A stretch of DNA of 64,000 nucleotides from Acidimicrobiia bacterium (GTDB lineage: Bacteria > Actinomycetota > Acidimicrobiia > Spongiisociales > JAHEDJ01): assembly GCA_029210695.1 (NCBI GenBank), contig JARGFH010000001.1, forward strand, positions 62,001 to 126,000, in the 5' to 3' direction. Made by a program: the position numbers and the translations under genes. This document shows positions 10,326 to 18,649 of this stretch, piece after piece (position 1 is the stretch's first letter; each line of letters starts with the position of its first letter). The notes beneath the pieces are model-generated. The model saw only the letters and a program-made list of their open reading frames with translations, did no database searches and was not told where the DNA came from.

Positions 10326-10841
10326 CTAAGTGCGGCCGCCGAGCGCGGAGAGAAGCGCCTGGTCGGTTTCGAACGCCAGCGGCGGAAGATCGTCCATGGC
10401 GAAGTAGCCAACCTCATCGGCATCATCGCCTGCCTGGAGTCGACCGCCGGTGATCGTTCCGGCAAACCAAATGCCGACGGTCAGCTTGGCCGGATCGTGG
10501 AAGTTCGATGCCACGAAGACCGGTTCACCGACGTCGACTACGAGCCCGGTTTCCTCCTCCATCTCGCGGCGCGCCGCCTGGCGGACGTCTTCGCCGTAGT
10601 CGACATATCCCGCAGGGATCGCCCAGAACCCGGACCGCGTTGAGCCGGGTGCTCGCCGGATAAGGAGTACCCGTCCCGCTCCGTCTCGAACCAGGACCGC
10701 GGCGCCGACGCCGGGGTTGCGCCAGTGGACGAATCCGCAATCGGGACAGACGCGGCGGTCGCGCCCCCCGAGGCTGCGAACGGTGAGCCGGGAGGCGCAC
10801 ATCGGGCAGAACGTGAACTCACCGGGCCAGTGGGTCGCCAT
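10326..10841 (-). CDS. NUDIX hydrolase with N-terminal zinc ribbon
   Basis: FCPMC...CPDCG; Nudix box GYVDYGEDVRQAARREMEEETGL. Confidence 0.93.
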   Translation of the reverse strand: MATHWPGEFTFCPMCASRLTVRSLGGRDRRVCPDCGFVHWRNPGVGAAVLVRDGAGRVLLIRRAPGSTRSGFWAIPAGYVDYGEDVRQAARREMEEETGLVVDVGEPVFVASNFHDPAKLTVGIWFAGTITGGRLQAGDDADEVGYFAMDDLPPLAFETDQALLSALGGRT

Positions 10842-10892
10842 GGGCGTCGATGGTAGGCATGGCAATCAACGAGTACGCGTCATAATGGACTG

Positions 10893-11687
10893 GTGGATCG
10901 ACCCCCGACCTTCGCACCTGTCGCATTGCTGGCCGCCGCAGCAGCCTGGACATTGACGCTCGCCTTCGGGGAGCCGACGATCGGGAGTAGCGCGGCGGCG
11001 GTAGCAGCCATCGATCTGTTGTTGGTGACGGTGACGGCCATCGTCGGCATCGTCGTAGCCAGGGCCAGGTGGGCACGCCGGTATGCCCTGGTCATCATCT
11101 GTTTCATGGGAGCCATGGCATTGACCATGCAGATCTCGAACAACTGGATCGTTGCTCTGGCGCTGACCGGTCTGGCGGTCGTTGCCGTTACCGGCCCCTC
11201 ACTCGACGGGTACCTACCGGAGCGCAGCGTCGCCGGTCCGCCGCCCAAGGCCGTTGCGCTCCCCCTCCTGCTCCTTCTGTTCCCCGGAGTGGCTGCGTTT
11301 GCCTCCGGCTCGCCTGTGTCGGTCGCCGCCTGGTTGGTGATCGGCGGGACCCCCGTAGTCGCCTGGGCGTACGGAAAGGCGTATGTTGCCGGACTCTGGG
11401 CGGCGCGAGTCGCAGTTCCCATCGCGGCGATGGCGATGATGTGGTCGCTCGACCCCTGGTCGATGGTGCTTCTGAGCGCCGCCGTAGCAGGCGAGTTCTG
11501 GCTGGCCTGGAGTGGCGAGGCGGCTCTGGCGATCGATGTTTCCGACCAGATCCGTCTGGCGCGCTCGATCCCGATTCCACCAGAACTGACGCCGCCGGAG
11601 GTCCTGGCCGCAGCCGGAGTAGACGAACATGGGATGCGGCTGCCGGATCCGGCATCGGAATCAAGCGAAGAAGAGGGTGGCGAGTAG
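10893..11687 (+). CDS. hypothetical multi-pass membrane protein
   Basis: Many hydrophobic segments; stop directly abuts the next ATG. Confidence 0.75.
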   Translation: MDRPPTFAPVALLAAAAAWTLTLAFGEPTIGSSAAAVAAIDLLLVTVTAIVGIVVARARWARRYALVIICFMGAMALTMQISNNWIVALALTGLAVVAVTGPSLDGYLPERSVAGPPPKAVALPLLLLLFPGVAAFASGSPVSVAAWLVIGGTPVVAWAYGKAYVAGLWAARVAVPIAAMAMMWSLDPWSMVLLSAAVAGEFWLAWSGEAALAIDVSDQIRLARSIPIPPELTPPEVLAAAGVDEHGMRLPDPASESSEEEGGE

Positions 11688-11954
11688 ATGCGTCGGTATC
11701 CCAATCCATGGGTGTTTGGACCCGCAACGGTCGGATTGATCATTGCCGCCTGGCTCGGCTACTTCATCGCCAAGTTGAGCGGCAGCGGCCCCAGCGCCGC
11801 CGTCGCCTTCGCAGCCGTGGCCGGACTGGTCGCAGCCGTCGGTGTGGCCGTTGTTGCGGTACTGGCCATCCGATCGTTCGACGAGTGGAAGACCGCCCAA
11901 GAACAAGGACTGCCGGCACCCGAAGTCGGTTGCGAGGTCCCGCCCACCGAGTGA
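11688..11954 (+). CDS. small membrane protein (2 TM)
   Basis: 88 aa, two hydrophobic helices, starts right after the previous stop. Confidence 0.7.
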   Translation: MRRYPNPWVFGPATVGLIIAAWLGYFIAKLSGSGPSAAVAFAAVAGLVAAVGVAVVAVLAIRSFDEWKTAQEQGLPAPEVGCEVPPTE

Positions 11955-12069
11955 GTTTTCTCCGCAATACTGTGGACCACCACGCACCATTGCATTGCGG
12001 AGAAAATCGTTCAGATGTTCTGCGCAATACTGTGGACCACCACGCACCATTGCATTGCGGAGAAAGTCC
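11955..12069. repeat. tandem pair (60-bp period) of ~50-bp palindromic REP-like units
   Basis: ttttctccgcaatactg-tggaccaccacgcacca-ttgcattgcggagaaaa, repeated 60 bp later, between convergent genes. Confidence 0.9.
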
Positions 12070-12079
12070 GTTTGTGGGG

Positions 12080-13339
12080 TCAGTCTCCGGGAGCCGAGAA
12101 GATGAGCGCCACGTTGTGACCTCCGAAGCCGAATGAGTTGCTCATCGCGTGGCGAATCGTCATTGGTCGTTCAACGTTCGGCACATAGTCCAGATCGCAT
12201 TCGGGGTCCGGGTCATCCTGGTTGATCGTTGGCGGGGCGATACCGTCGCGGATCGCCAGGACGCTCACCATTGCTTCGAGGGCGCCGGCGCCTCCCAACA
12301 GGTGGCCGGTCATGGATTTGGTCGATGAGACGGCGACGCCGGCGGCCGCCTCCTCGCCGAGGGCGATCTTGATGGCGCTCGTTTCGGTGCGATCGTTGGC
12401 GGCCGTCGACGTGCCGTGCGCGTTGATGTAGTCGATATCCGATCCCTGCAGTCCGGCATCTTTGAGCGCCATCTCCATGGCCCTGGCTTGTCCGGCGCCG
12501 CCGGGTCGAGGCAGCGTCACGTGGTAGGCATCCGACGACATCCCGTAACCGGTCACCTCGGCGTAGATCGTGGCTCGGCGGGCGATGGCATGCTCACGTT
12601 CCTCGAGGATGAGGGTTGCCGCTCCCTCTCCCATCACGAAACCATCCCGTCCTGCGTCGAATGGTCGGCTGGCCCGGGCCGGTTCGTCGTTTCGAGTCGA
12701 CAGAGCCTTAGAGGAGTTGAAGGCGGCCACTGCAAACTCGACAATCACAGCCTCAGAACCGCCGGCCACCATCACATCGACGATGCCCCTGCGGATCATC
12801 TCGGCTGCATCTCCGATCGCATTGGCCGAGGCCGCACAGGCGGTGACGGTGCAGTTCGTCGGCCCCTGGAGGTTGAAGGCGATCGAGGCGTACCCCGCCG
12901 CCATGTTGGGGATCAGCTTCGTGATCGTGAGCGGATTGACCCTCGCCGCTCCCCGTTCACGCAACGTATCGAGCCCCTCGATAAACGAGTGCATCCCTCC
13001 GAGTCCGGCACCCACGATGGCCCCAACCCCGGCGGCGGCCCGGTCGTCTCCCCGGTAGTCGAGGCCGGCGTCGTCGAGAGCCTGCGACGTCGCCGCCACG
13101 AAGAATTGCGTGTAACGATCGAGCCGACGCGCTTCCTTGTGCTCGAGGTACTCGAGCGGGTCGAAGTTTCCTACCTCAGCCGCGATCTTGGTGGCCGTGT
13201 CTGAGGCGTCGAAGGCAGTGATCCGATCCACTCCCGAGACTCCGGCGCGGGCGGCTGCCCACGACGAATCCACATCGAGGCCGAGCGGATTGACCGTACC
13301 CAGCCCCGTCACAACGACCCTGCGATCGTGCCGTTTCAC
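12080..13339 (-). CDS. fabF: beta-ketoacyl-ACP synthase II
   Basis: RRVVVTGLG, TACAAS (Cys), YINAHGTST, KSMTGHLLG, SNSFGFGGHN. Confidence 0.97.
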   Translation of the reverse strand: MKRHDRRVVVTGLGTVNPLGLDVDSSWAAARAGVSGVDRITAFDASDTATKIAAEVGNFDPLEYLEHKEARRLDRYTQFFVAATSQALDDAGLDYRGDDRAAAGVGAIVGAGLGGMHSFIEGLDTLRERGAARVNPLTITKLIPNMAAGYASIAFNLQGPTNCTVTACAASANAIGDAAEMIRRGIVDVMVAGGSEAVIVEFAVAAFNSSKALSTRNDEPARASRPFDAGRDGFVMGEGAATLILEEREHAIARRATIYAEVTGYGMSSDAYHVTLPRPGGAGQARAMEMALKDAGLQGSDIDYINAHGTSTAANDRTETSAIKIALGEEAAAGVAVSSTKSMTGHLLGGAGALEAMVSVLAIRDGIAPPTINQDDPDPECDLDYVPNVERPMTIRHAMSNSFGFGGHNVALIFSAPGD

Positions 13340-13348
13340 GATCCCCCC

Positions 13349-13594
13349 TCAGCCGGCCAGCTTGGCCACCACGAGTTCAACAGCCTGGCGCACGGTGGCG
13401 AGGTTCTCTGCCTCTTCATCGGGAATCGTGACGTCGAACTCGTCCTCCAGCGCCATGAGCAGCTCAACGACTCCTAGCGAATCGACCTCGAGGTCTTCTT
13501 CGAATCTGGCGTCCGGGTTGATTTTTGCCTCGTCCAGTCCCAGCTCGCTCACGAGTAGTTGCGTGAACTTCGCCTCGATCTCTGCTCTCTCCAT
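13349..13594 (-). CDS. acpP: acyl carrier protein
   Basis: DLEVDSLGVVELLMALEDEF phosphopantetheine site. Confidence 0.96.
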   Translation of the reverse strand: MERAEIEAKFTQLLVSELGLDEAKINPDARFEEDLEVDSLGVVELLMALEDEFDVTIPDEEAENLATVRQAVELVVAKLAG

Positions 13595-13604
13595 GGTTCC
13601 TCCT

Positions 13605-14339
13605 CTAGATCGTCAGGCCACCGTCGACGACGATGACTTGTCCTGTTATGAACCCCGCTTGTTCTCCGGCCAGGTACCCGACCGCGGCTGCCACGTCTTC
13701 GGGTCGCCCGAGCCTACCGACTGAGGTCGCCGATACGGCGGCTTCAAGAGCGGCCTCTCCGAGTGACGCCGTCATGTCGGACTCGATGAACCCGGGAGCG
13801 ACAACGTTGGCGGTAATGCCACGTCCGCCCACCTCTTTGGCGACGGATTTGGTGAAACCGATGATGGCAGCCTTGCTCGCTGCGTAGTTGGCCTGGCCTG
13901 GGTTTCCCGCCAATCCGGAGACCGACCCGATGGAAATGATCCGGCCCCATCGATTCTTGAGCATCCCACGCATCGCGGCCTTCGTGCACAGGAACACAGA
14001 CCGGAGGTTGACCTCCATGACCCGATCCCAGTCGTCGGATCCCATCCTGGCCAGCAGACCGTCGCGGGTGACCCCGGCGTTGTTGACGAGAACCTCGACG
14101 GGGCCCATCGCTGCACCGATCTTCTCGAAGAGGTCGGCAACGGCTTCTGTGTTCGAGACATCTGCCTGAACCGCGATCGCCTCTCCCCCTCCGGATCGGA
14201 TCTCCTCTGCCACCGCCTCCGCCGATTCTCCGCTGGTCGAGTAATTGACCACCACCCGGCAGCCGTCGGCGGCCAGTCCGAGCGCGATGGCCCGGCCGAT
14301 ACCCCGCGACCCTCCGGTAACGAGCGCGACCCTGTTCAC
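13605..14339 (-). CDS. fabG: 3-oxoacyl-ACP reductase
   Basis: TGGSRGIG, NNAGVTRD, NPGQANYAASK; fab context. Confidence 0.96.
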   Translation of the reverse strand: MNRVALVTGGSRGIGRAIALGLAADGCRVVVNYSTSGESAEAVAEEIRSGGGEAIAVQADVSNTEAVADLFEKIGAAMGPVEVLVNNAGVTRDGLLARMGSDDWDRVMEVNLRSVFLCTKAAMRGMLKNRWGRIISIGSVSGLAGNPGQANYAASKAAIIGFTKSVAKEVGGRGITANVVAPGFIESDMTASLGEAALEAAVSATSVGRLGRPEDVAAAVGYLAGEQAGFITGQVIVVDGGLTI

Positions 14340-15415
14340 TTCGGCTCCAATCCGAAGAAATCGAAGTTCGCCTGCAGTAGCTCCAGTGTGGTCCGATCGG
14401 CCGGCGGGAAGTCAACGTCACTGGTGCCGAGAGGTTCGGTGCGCGCTCCCCACCGCAGCACAGCAGCCGCCCAGCTCAAGCCGCCCCCGAATGCGGCAAA
14501 GACGATATTCGCTCCTGGACGAATCCTGCCCTGCTCGAGTGCTTCGGTCAGCGCAATCGGAATCGTCGCTGCCGAGGTGTTGCCGTAGTCGCCGATGTTC
14601 ATGAAAACCCGCTCCGGTGGGAGCTTGAGTTTGCGAGCAGTGGCATCGATGATCCGCTGGTTTGCCTGATGCGGGATGAGAATGTCGACGGCTTCGAAGG
14701 CGATTCCCGCTTTCTCAACAACCCGAACTGAGGCGCCTCCCATCATCGTGACTGCCCGCCTGAAGACTTCCGGCCCATCCATGCGAACGCCGACCTCGGA
14801 AGGCACGTCGGCCACCCGATCGCCTCTGGTTCCGTAGCCGGGTATGCAGAGGGACTCGGAGGCTTCTCCATCCATACCGAGCTCACTCGACAGCAGCCCT
14901 TCGTCACCATCGGTGGGCTCGAGCACTACCGCACCGGCACCATCACCGAAGAGCACCGAAGTGGTCCTGTCTGTGAAATCCATGTAGTAGTGGAGCTTCT
15001 CGGCCCCAATCACTAGAACCCGCTTATGTGTTCCTCCGCGGATCATGTTGGCTCCGAAGACGAGCGAGTAGATGAAGCCGGAGCAGGCGGCGTTGAGATC
15101 GACGGCTCCTGCGTTCTTTGCGCCGAGCTTCGCCTGCACGTACGCAGCCGCGCTGGGAATGAGCGTATCGGGGCTGCAGGTCGCCACGATGATGAGGTCG
15201 ACATCGTCCGGCTCGAGTCCTGCCGCCGCCAGCGCACGGTGAGCGGCGATGGTCGCCATGTCAGAGGTCTCCACGTGGCTGATTCGACGTTCCTTGATCC
15301 CGGTGCGTGAAGTGATCCACTCATCGGAAGTATCCATGAAGGATTCGAGGTCTTCATTGGAAAGCACTGATGGGGGTAGCGCCTTGCCCCATCCGGTAAT
15401 TGTGGCGTTTGTCAT
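14336..15415 (-). CDS. fabH: beta-ketoacyl-ACP synthase III
   Basis: DLNAACSGF, LFGDGAGA, IPHQANQRI, YGNTSAATIP. Confidence 0.96.
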   Translation of the reverse strand: MTNATITGWGKALPPSVLSNEDLESFMDTSDEWITSRTGIKERRISHVETSDMATIAAHRALAAAGLEPDDVDLIIVATCSPDTLIPSAAAYVQAKLGAKNAGAVDLNAACSGFIYSLVFGANMIRGGTHKRVLVIGAEKLHYYMDFTDRTTSVLFGDGAGAVVLEPTDGDEGLLSSELGMDGEASESLCIPGYGTRGDRVADVPSEVGVRMDGPEVFRRAVTMMGGASVRVVEKAGIAFEAVDILIPHQANQRIIDATARKLKLPPERVFMNIGDYGNTSAATIPIALTEALEQGRIRPGANIVFAAFGGGLSWAAAVLRWGARTEPLGTSDVDFPPADRTTLELLQANFDFFGLEPK

Positions 15416-16359
15416 GGGCCTTCCTCCTCGTCCCCCTCGAGTTTCCCGATCGCTTCTTCGATGCTGATCAGATCGTTCACAACCAGGACGTCGGCGCCGG
15501 GAACCGTGCGCCGGGCCATGCCGGCGGTCACATCACCGGGTCCAACGTGTACGAACGTCCGGATCCCCTGTTCGGCGATCCCGTCGAGCGTATCCGAGAA
15601 CCGTACAGGAGCAACTACTTGACGGGCGAGTAGCTCGGGAATTTCAGCGACCGCCACGGGAGCAGCATCGACGTTCGACCAGACGGGGAACTCCGGCCGT
15701 TCCGGCACCACGGTCGCAAGTCCGGCGGCAAGTTCAGCCTGGGCTGAGGCCATGAACGGCGAGTGAAACGCCCCGGCCACCTTGAGGGGCACCACCCGAC
15801 GCAGTCCGAGTGTCCGGCCTTCATTCTGAAGCCATTCGATATCGGCGGCGCCGCCGGCAACCACCACCTGGCCCGGTGCGTTGAGATTGGCTACCCACAG
15901 CCGCCCCCCTGCTTGCCGCCTCGAGGAAGCCACTTCCCCGGCCAGCTCGGCTGTTGCCCCGATGAGGGCCGCCATGGAGGAAGGTTCAGCATCGGCCGCC
16001 GACGCCATCGCCGTTCCGCGCAAGGCGACGATCCGCAGGGCGGTGGCGAAGTCGAAGGCTCCGGCTGCAGCAAGGGCCGTATATTCGCCCAGTGAATGCC
16101 CGGCGGCGGCGGCGGGCCGGGTTCTGAGCCGGCGGGCCAACTCGTCCCACAGAGCGAAGGCAATCGCAAAAAGGGCAGGCTGGGCGCGCTCGGTCCGGGT
16201 CAGTTCCTCCTCGGGTCCGTCGAGGCACATGTCGCGGAGACTCCAGCCGAGAGTTTCATCGGCCTGGTCGATAAGGAGATCGGGTCGAGCATCGAACAGA
16301 TCGGCACCCATGCCGACGAACTGACTGCCCTGCCCGGGGAAAAGAACCGCGTACGACAT
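15412..16359 (-). CDS. fabD: malonyl-CoA:ACP transacylase
   Basis: FPGQGSQ, GHSLGEY, AGAFHSPFM. Confidence 0.96.
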   Translation of the reverse strand: MSYAVLFPGQGSQFVGMGADLFDARPDLLIDQADETLGWSLRDMCLDGPEEELTRTERAQPALFAIAFALWDELARRLRTRPAAAAGHSLGEYTALAAAGAFDFATALRIVALRGTAMASAADAEPSSMAALIGATAELAGEVASSRRQAGGRLWVANLNAPGQVVVAGGAADIEWLQNEGRTLGLRRVVPLKVAGAFHSPFMASAQAELAAGLATVVPERPEFPVWSNVDAAPVAVAEIPELLARQVVAPVRFSDTLDGIAEQGIRTFVHVGPGDVTAGMARRTVPGADVLVVNDLISIEEAIGKLEGDEEEGP

Positions 16360-16425
16360 TGCGGTTTTCGACTGTAGGCGTGCCGGGAACGTTACGGACG
16401 GCGCCGATGGGTAGTTTCTTCAGCC

Positions 16426-17460
16426 CTAGAGGCTCCCCAACACGTCCAGCACCCGCCCTACGTCTCGCGAATCCACGTCCCGGTGCGTCACGAAGCGGAG
16501 CGAGTTCTTTGAGATCGAACCGACCAACACCCCGGCCTCTGCCAGGCGCGTCTGGAGCTCTCCGGCCCCGACCGGCAGGCCCTCGCCGTGGACCACCACC
16601 ATGTTGGTTTGAACCTGCTCCGGCGAAACCGCTTCCGGGAAACGGGCGCCGACCCCCTCCCCCAGCTGCTGCGCCAGGAGATGATCATCACCAAGCCGGC
16701 CGCGCGATTCGAGAGCCAGGGCTGCCGCGGCCGCGATCACGCCCACCTGTCTCATCCCTCCACCCAGGCGCTTCCGGAGGAAGCGGGCTTCGAGGATCAC
16801 ATCGGCTGGACCGCACAGGATGGAGCCGATCGGCGCCCCAAGCCCCTTGCTGAAACAGAACTGAACGGTGTCGGCCTGGGCCGCATACTCATGAGCACCG
16901 ATCCCGGTCGCCGCCACCGCATTCCAGAGACGCGCCCCATCGAGATGTATCCGCAACCCGGCAGCCCGTGCCACGGCAGAGGTTTCTCTCATCAGGTCGA
17001 ACGGAACCACCGTTCCGCCCGACCAGTTGTGGGTGTTCTCCCAGGCCAGCATCGCGATCCGGGGAAAGTGGTAGCCGCTCTGTTCGATGGCGGCCGCGAC
17101 ATCAGAGGGCTTGATTTCTCCCGAGCCGTTTGCCACCGTTCGGAATTGAAGGCCGCCGATGGCGGCCGCCGCCCCCATTTCGTAGTTGCGTACGTGGGCG
17201 GTCTCGACGCAGAGCACCTCATCGCCGGGACGGGCCTGGGTCACCAGGCCGAGCAGGTTCCCCATCGACCCGGAAGGCACGAATACGGCGGCGTCCTTGC
17301 CGACGAGTGCGGCAGCCTCCTCCTCCAACGCGTTGCCGGTTGGATCCTCGCCGTACACATCATCACCGACGTCGGCCGCCGCCATCGCTTGCCGCATCGC
17401 GGCGGTCGGACGTGTCACGGTGTCCGAACGGAAGTCGGCAATGCCATCGGGAAATGCCAC
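16426..17460 (-). CDS. ltaE: low-specificity L-threonine aldolase
   Basis: DFRSDTVTRPT, GDDVYGEDPT, HLDGARLWNA, CFSKGLGAP. Confidence 0.94.
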   Translation of the reverse strand: MAFPDGIADFRSDTVTRPTAAMRQAMAAADVGDDVYGEDPTGNALEEEAAALVGKDAAVFVPSGSMGNLLGLVTQARPGDEVLCVETAHVRNYEMGAAAAIGGLQFRTVANGSGEIKPSDVAAAIEQSGYHFPRIAMLAWENTHNWSGGTVVPFDLMRETSAVARAAGLRIHLDGARLWNAVAATGIGAHEYAAQADTVQFCFSKGLGAPIGSILCGPADVILEARFLRKRLGGGMRQVGVIAAAAALALESRGRLGDDHLLAQQLGEGVGARFPEAVSPEQVQTNMVVVHGEGLPVGAGELQTRLAEAGVLVGSISKNSLRFVTHRDVDSRDVGRVLDVLGSL

Positions 17461-17535
17461 GTGAACGCTCCTTCATCTGGTTCCCTCACAGCGTAGATCC
17501 TTGGGGTCGGGCCGCGAACGGTCCACAATGGCGGC

Positions 17536-18585
17536 GTGCGGCGTCATCTCCTCATTGCTTTCAGCCTTCTCATTGCTGCCCTCGGCCCGGCCGCCCTCGG
17601 ATCGACCGCGGTCGATCGAGCGCTTGACCTAGCCGAACTGCGTCTCGAGCGCCCGGCGCTCGAAGCTTTGGTAGAGAGCGCCCGCGCCGATTTCGAGGTA
17701 CACAGCGCTGGCTTCGAGTTGAGTCGCGAGGAGCTCGACGCCGTGCTCGCCGAACAGATCGTTGCACTCGACCAGCTCGAGGAGGTGGAAGGCGATCTGC
17801 GCGCCGCTCGCTCCAGGTTCGATGATGGCATCGAGCAGTTGTACATTCGCGGCGGGACGGCGGCATTGACCGTCGTGATGTTCTTCGACGATCCGACTGA
17901 GGCCGGCATCGCCACCCACTACCTCGAAGCTCTCAATGACTCCGAAACCGATTCATTGGGCGACATCGAGGAACTGCTCCCCGTCATGGATGAGCTCAAG
18001 TACACCGCCTTCGACGCGGTCGAGCTGGCCGAAGCCGATTATGCCGAGCGGGAGAGAGCGTTTCTTCTGGCGGCCGGACACCTCGCTGAGCTCGAATCGG
18101 AGCTGGCACGGCTCGACGTGCGTGTTGATCGTCTTACGACGGAGTGGCGCGAATATCGCTTGGGACTAGTTGAGGACGTCCTCCAGGCCACCGGCGCCAC
18201 CGGCGTTCTGGCCGAGGTCACGGCCGAGCAGGGAGCGCTACGCGCGTCGTTGCCACTCGGACCGACAGTCGGCATCCCGCCGGGCCTCGAATCCACCGGC
18301 CGAGTCCTCTCCGGAGTTGCCTCGTGGTACGGGCCGGGTTTCCACGGACGGCGGGCCTCGAGCGGAGCCATCTTCGATGAACGCGACTTCACCGTCGCCC
18401 ACAAGACGCTCGCACACGGGACGTTGCTCCTGGTCACCTTCGGCGACAAGCAGGCCGTCGTCATGGTCAACGATCGGGGGCCGTTCATCGAGGGCCGCTC
18501 GTTCGACCTGTCGAAGGCCGCCGCCCAGTACCTGGGTGTCGGCCTCAACCGGATCAAGGCGGAGGTCCTCGTAGCTGCTCCCTAA
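17536..18585 (+). CDS. RlpA-family lytic transglycosylase with signal peptide and N-terminal coiled coil
   Basis: C-terminal ASWYGPGFHGRRASSG...AHKTL...VNDRGPFIEGRSFDLSKAAA. Confidence 0.9.
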   Translation: MRRHLLIAFSLLIAALGPAALGSTAVDRALDLAELRLERPALEALVESARADFEVHSAGFELSREELDAVLAEQIVALDQLEEVEGDLRAARSRFDDGIEQLYIRGGTAALTVVMFFDDPTEAGIATHYLEALNDSETDSLGDIEELLPVMDELKYTAFDAVELAEADYAERERAFLLAAGHLAELESELARLDVRVDRLTTEWREYRLGLVEDVLQATGATGVLAEVTAEQGALRASLPLGPTVGIPPGLESTGRVLSGVASWYGPGFHGRRASSGAIFDERDFTVAHKTLAHGTLLLVTFGDKQAVVMVNDRGPFIEGRSFDLSKAAAQYLGVGLNRIKAEVLVAAP

Positions 18586-18649
18586 TCCCGGCAGCAGCGG
18601 GGCGACGCTAACCTGCGCACACTTCCTTTTCCCTACCCGTGAGTTTTTC

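Noticed and set aside
11955..12069. CRISPR array
   Set aside because: Only two units, with identical interiors and no variable spacers; no cas genes in the window.
12080..16359. Type II PKS or other secondary-metabolite cluster
   Set aside because: Canonical fabD-H-G-acpP-F set with no chain-length factor or tailoring genes.
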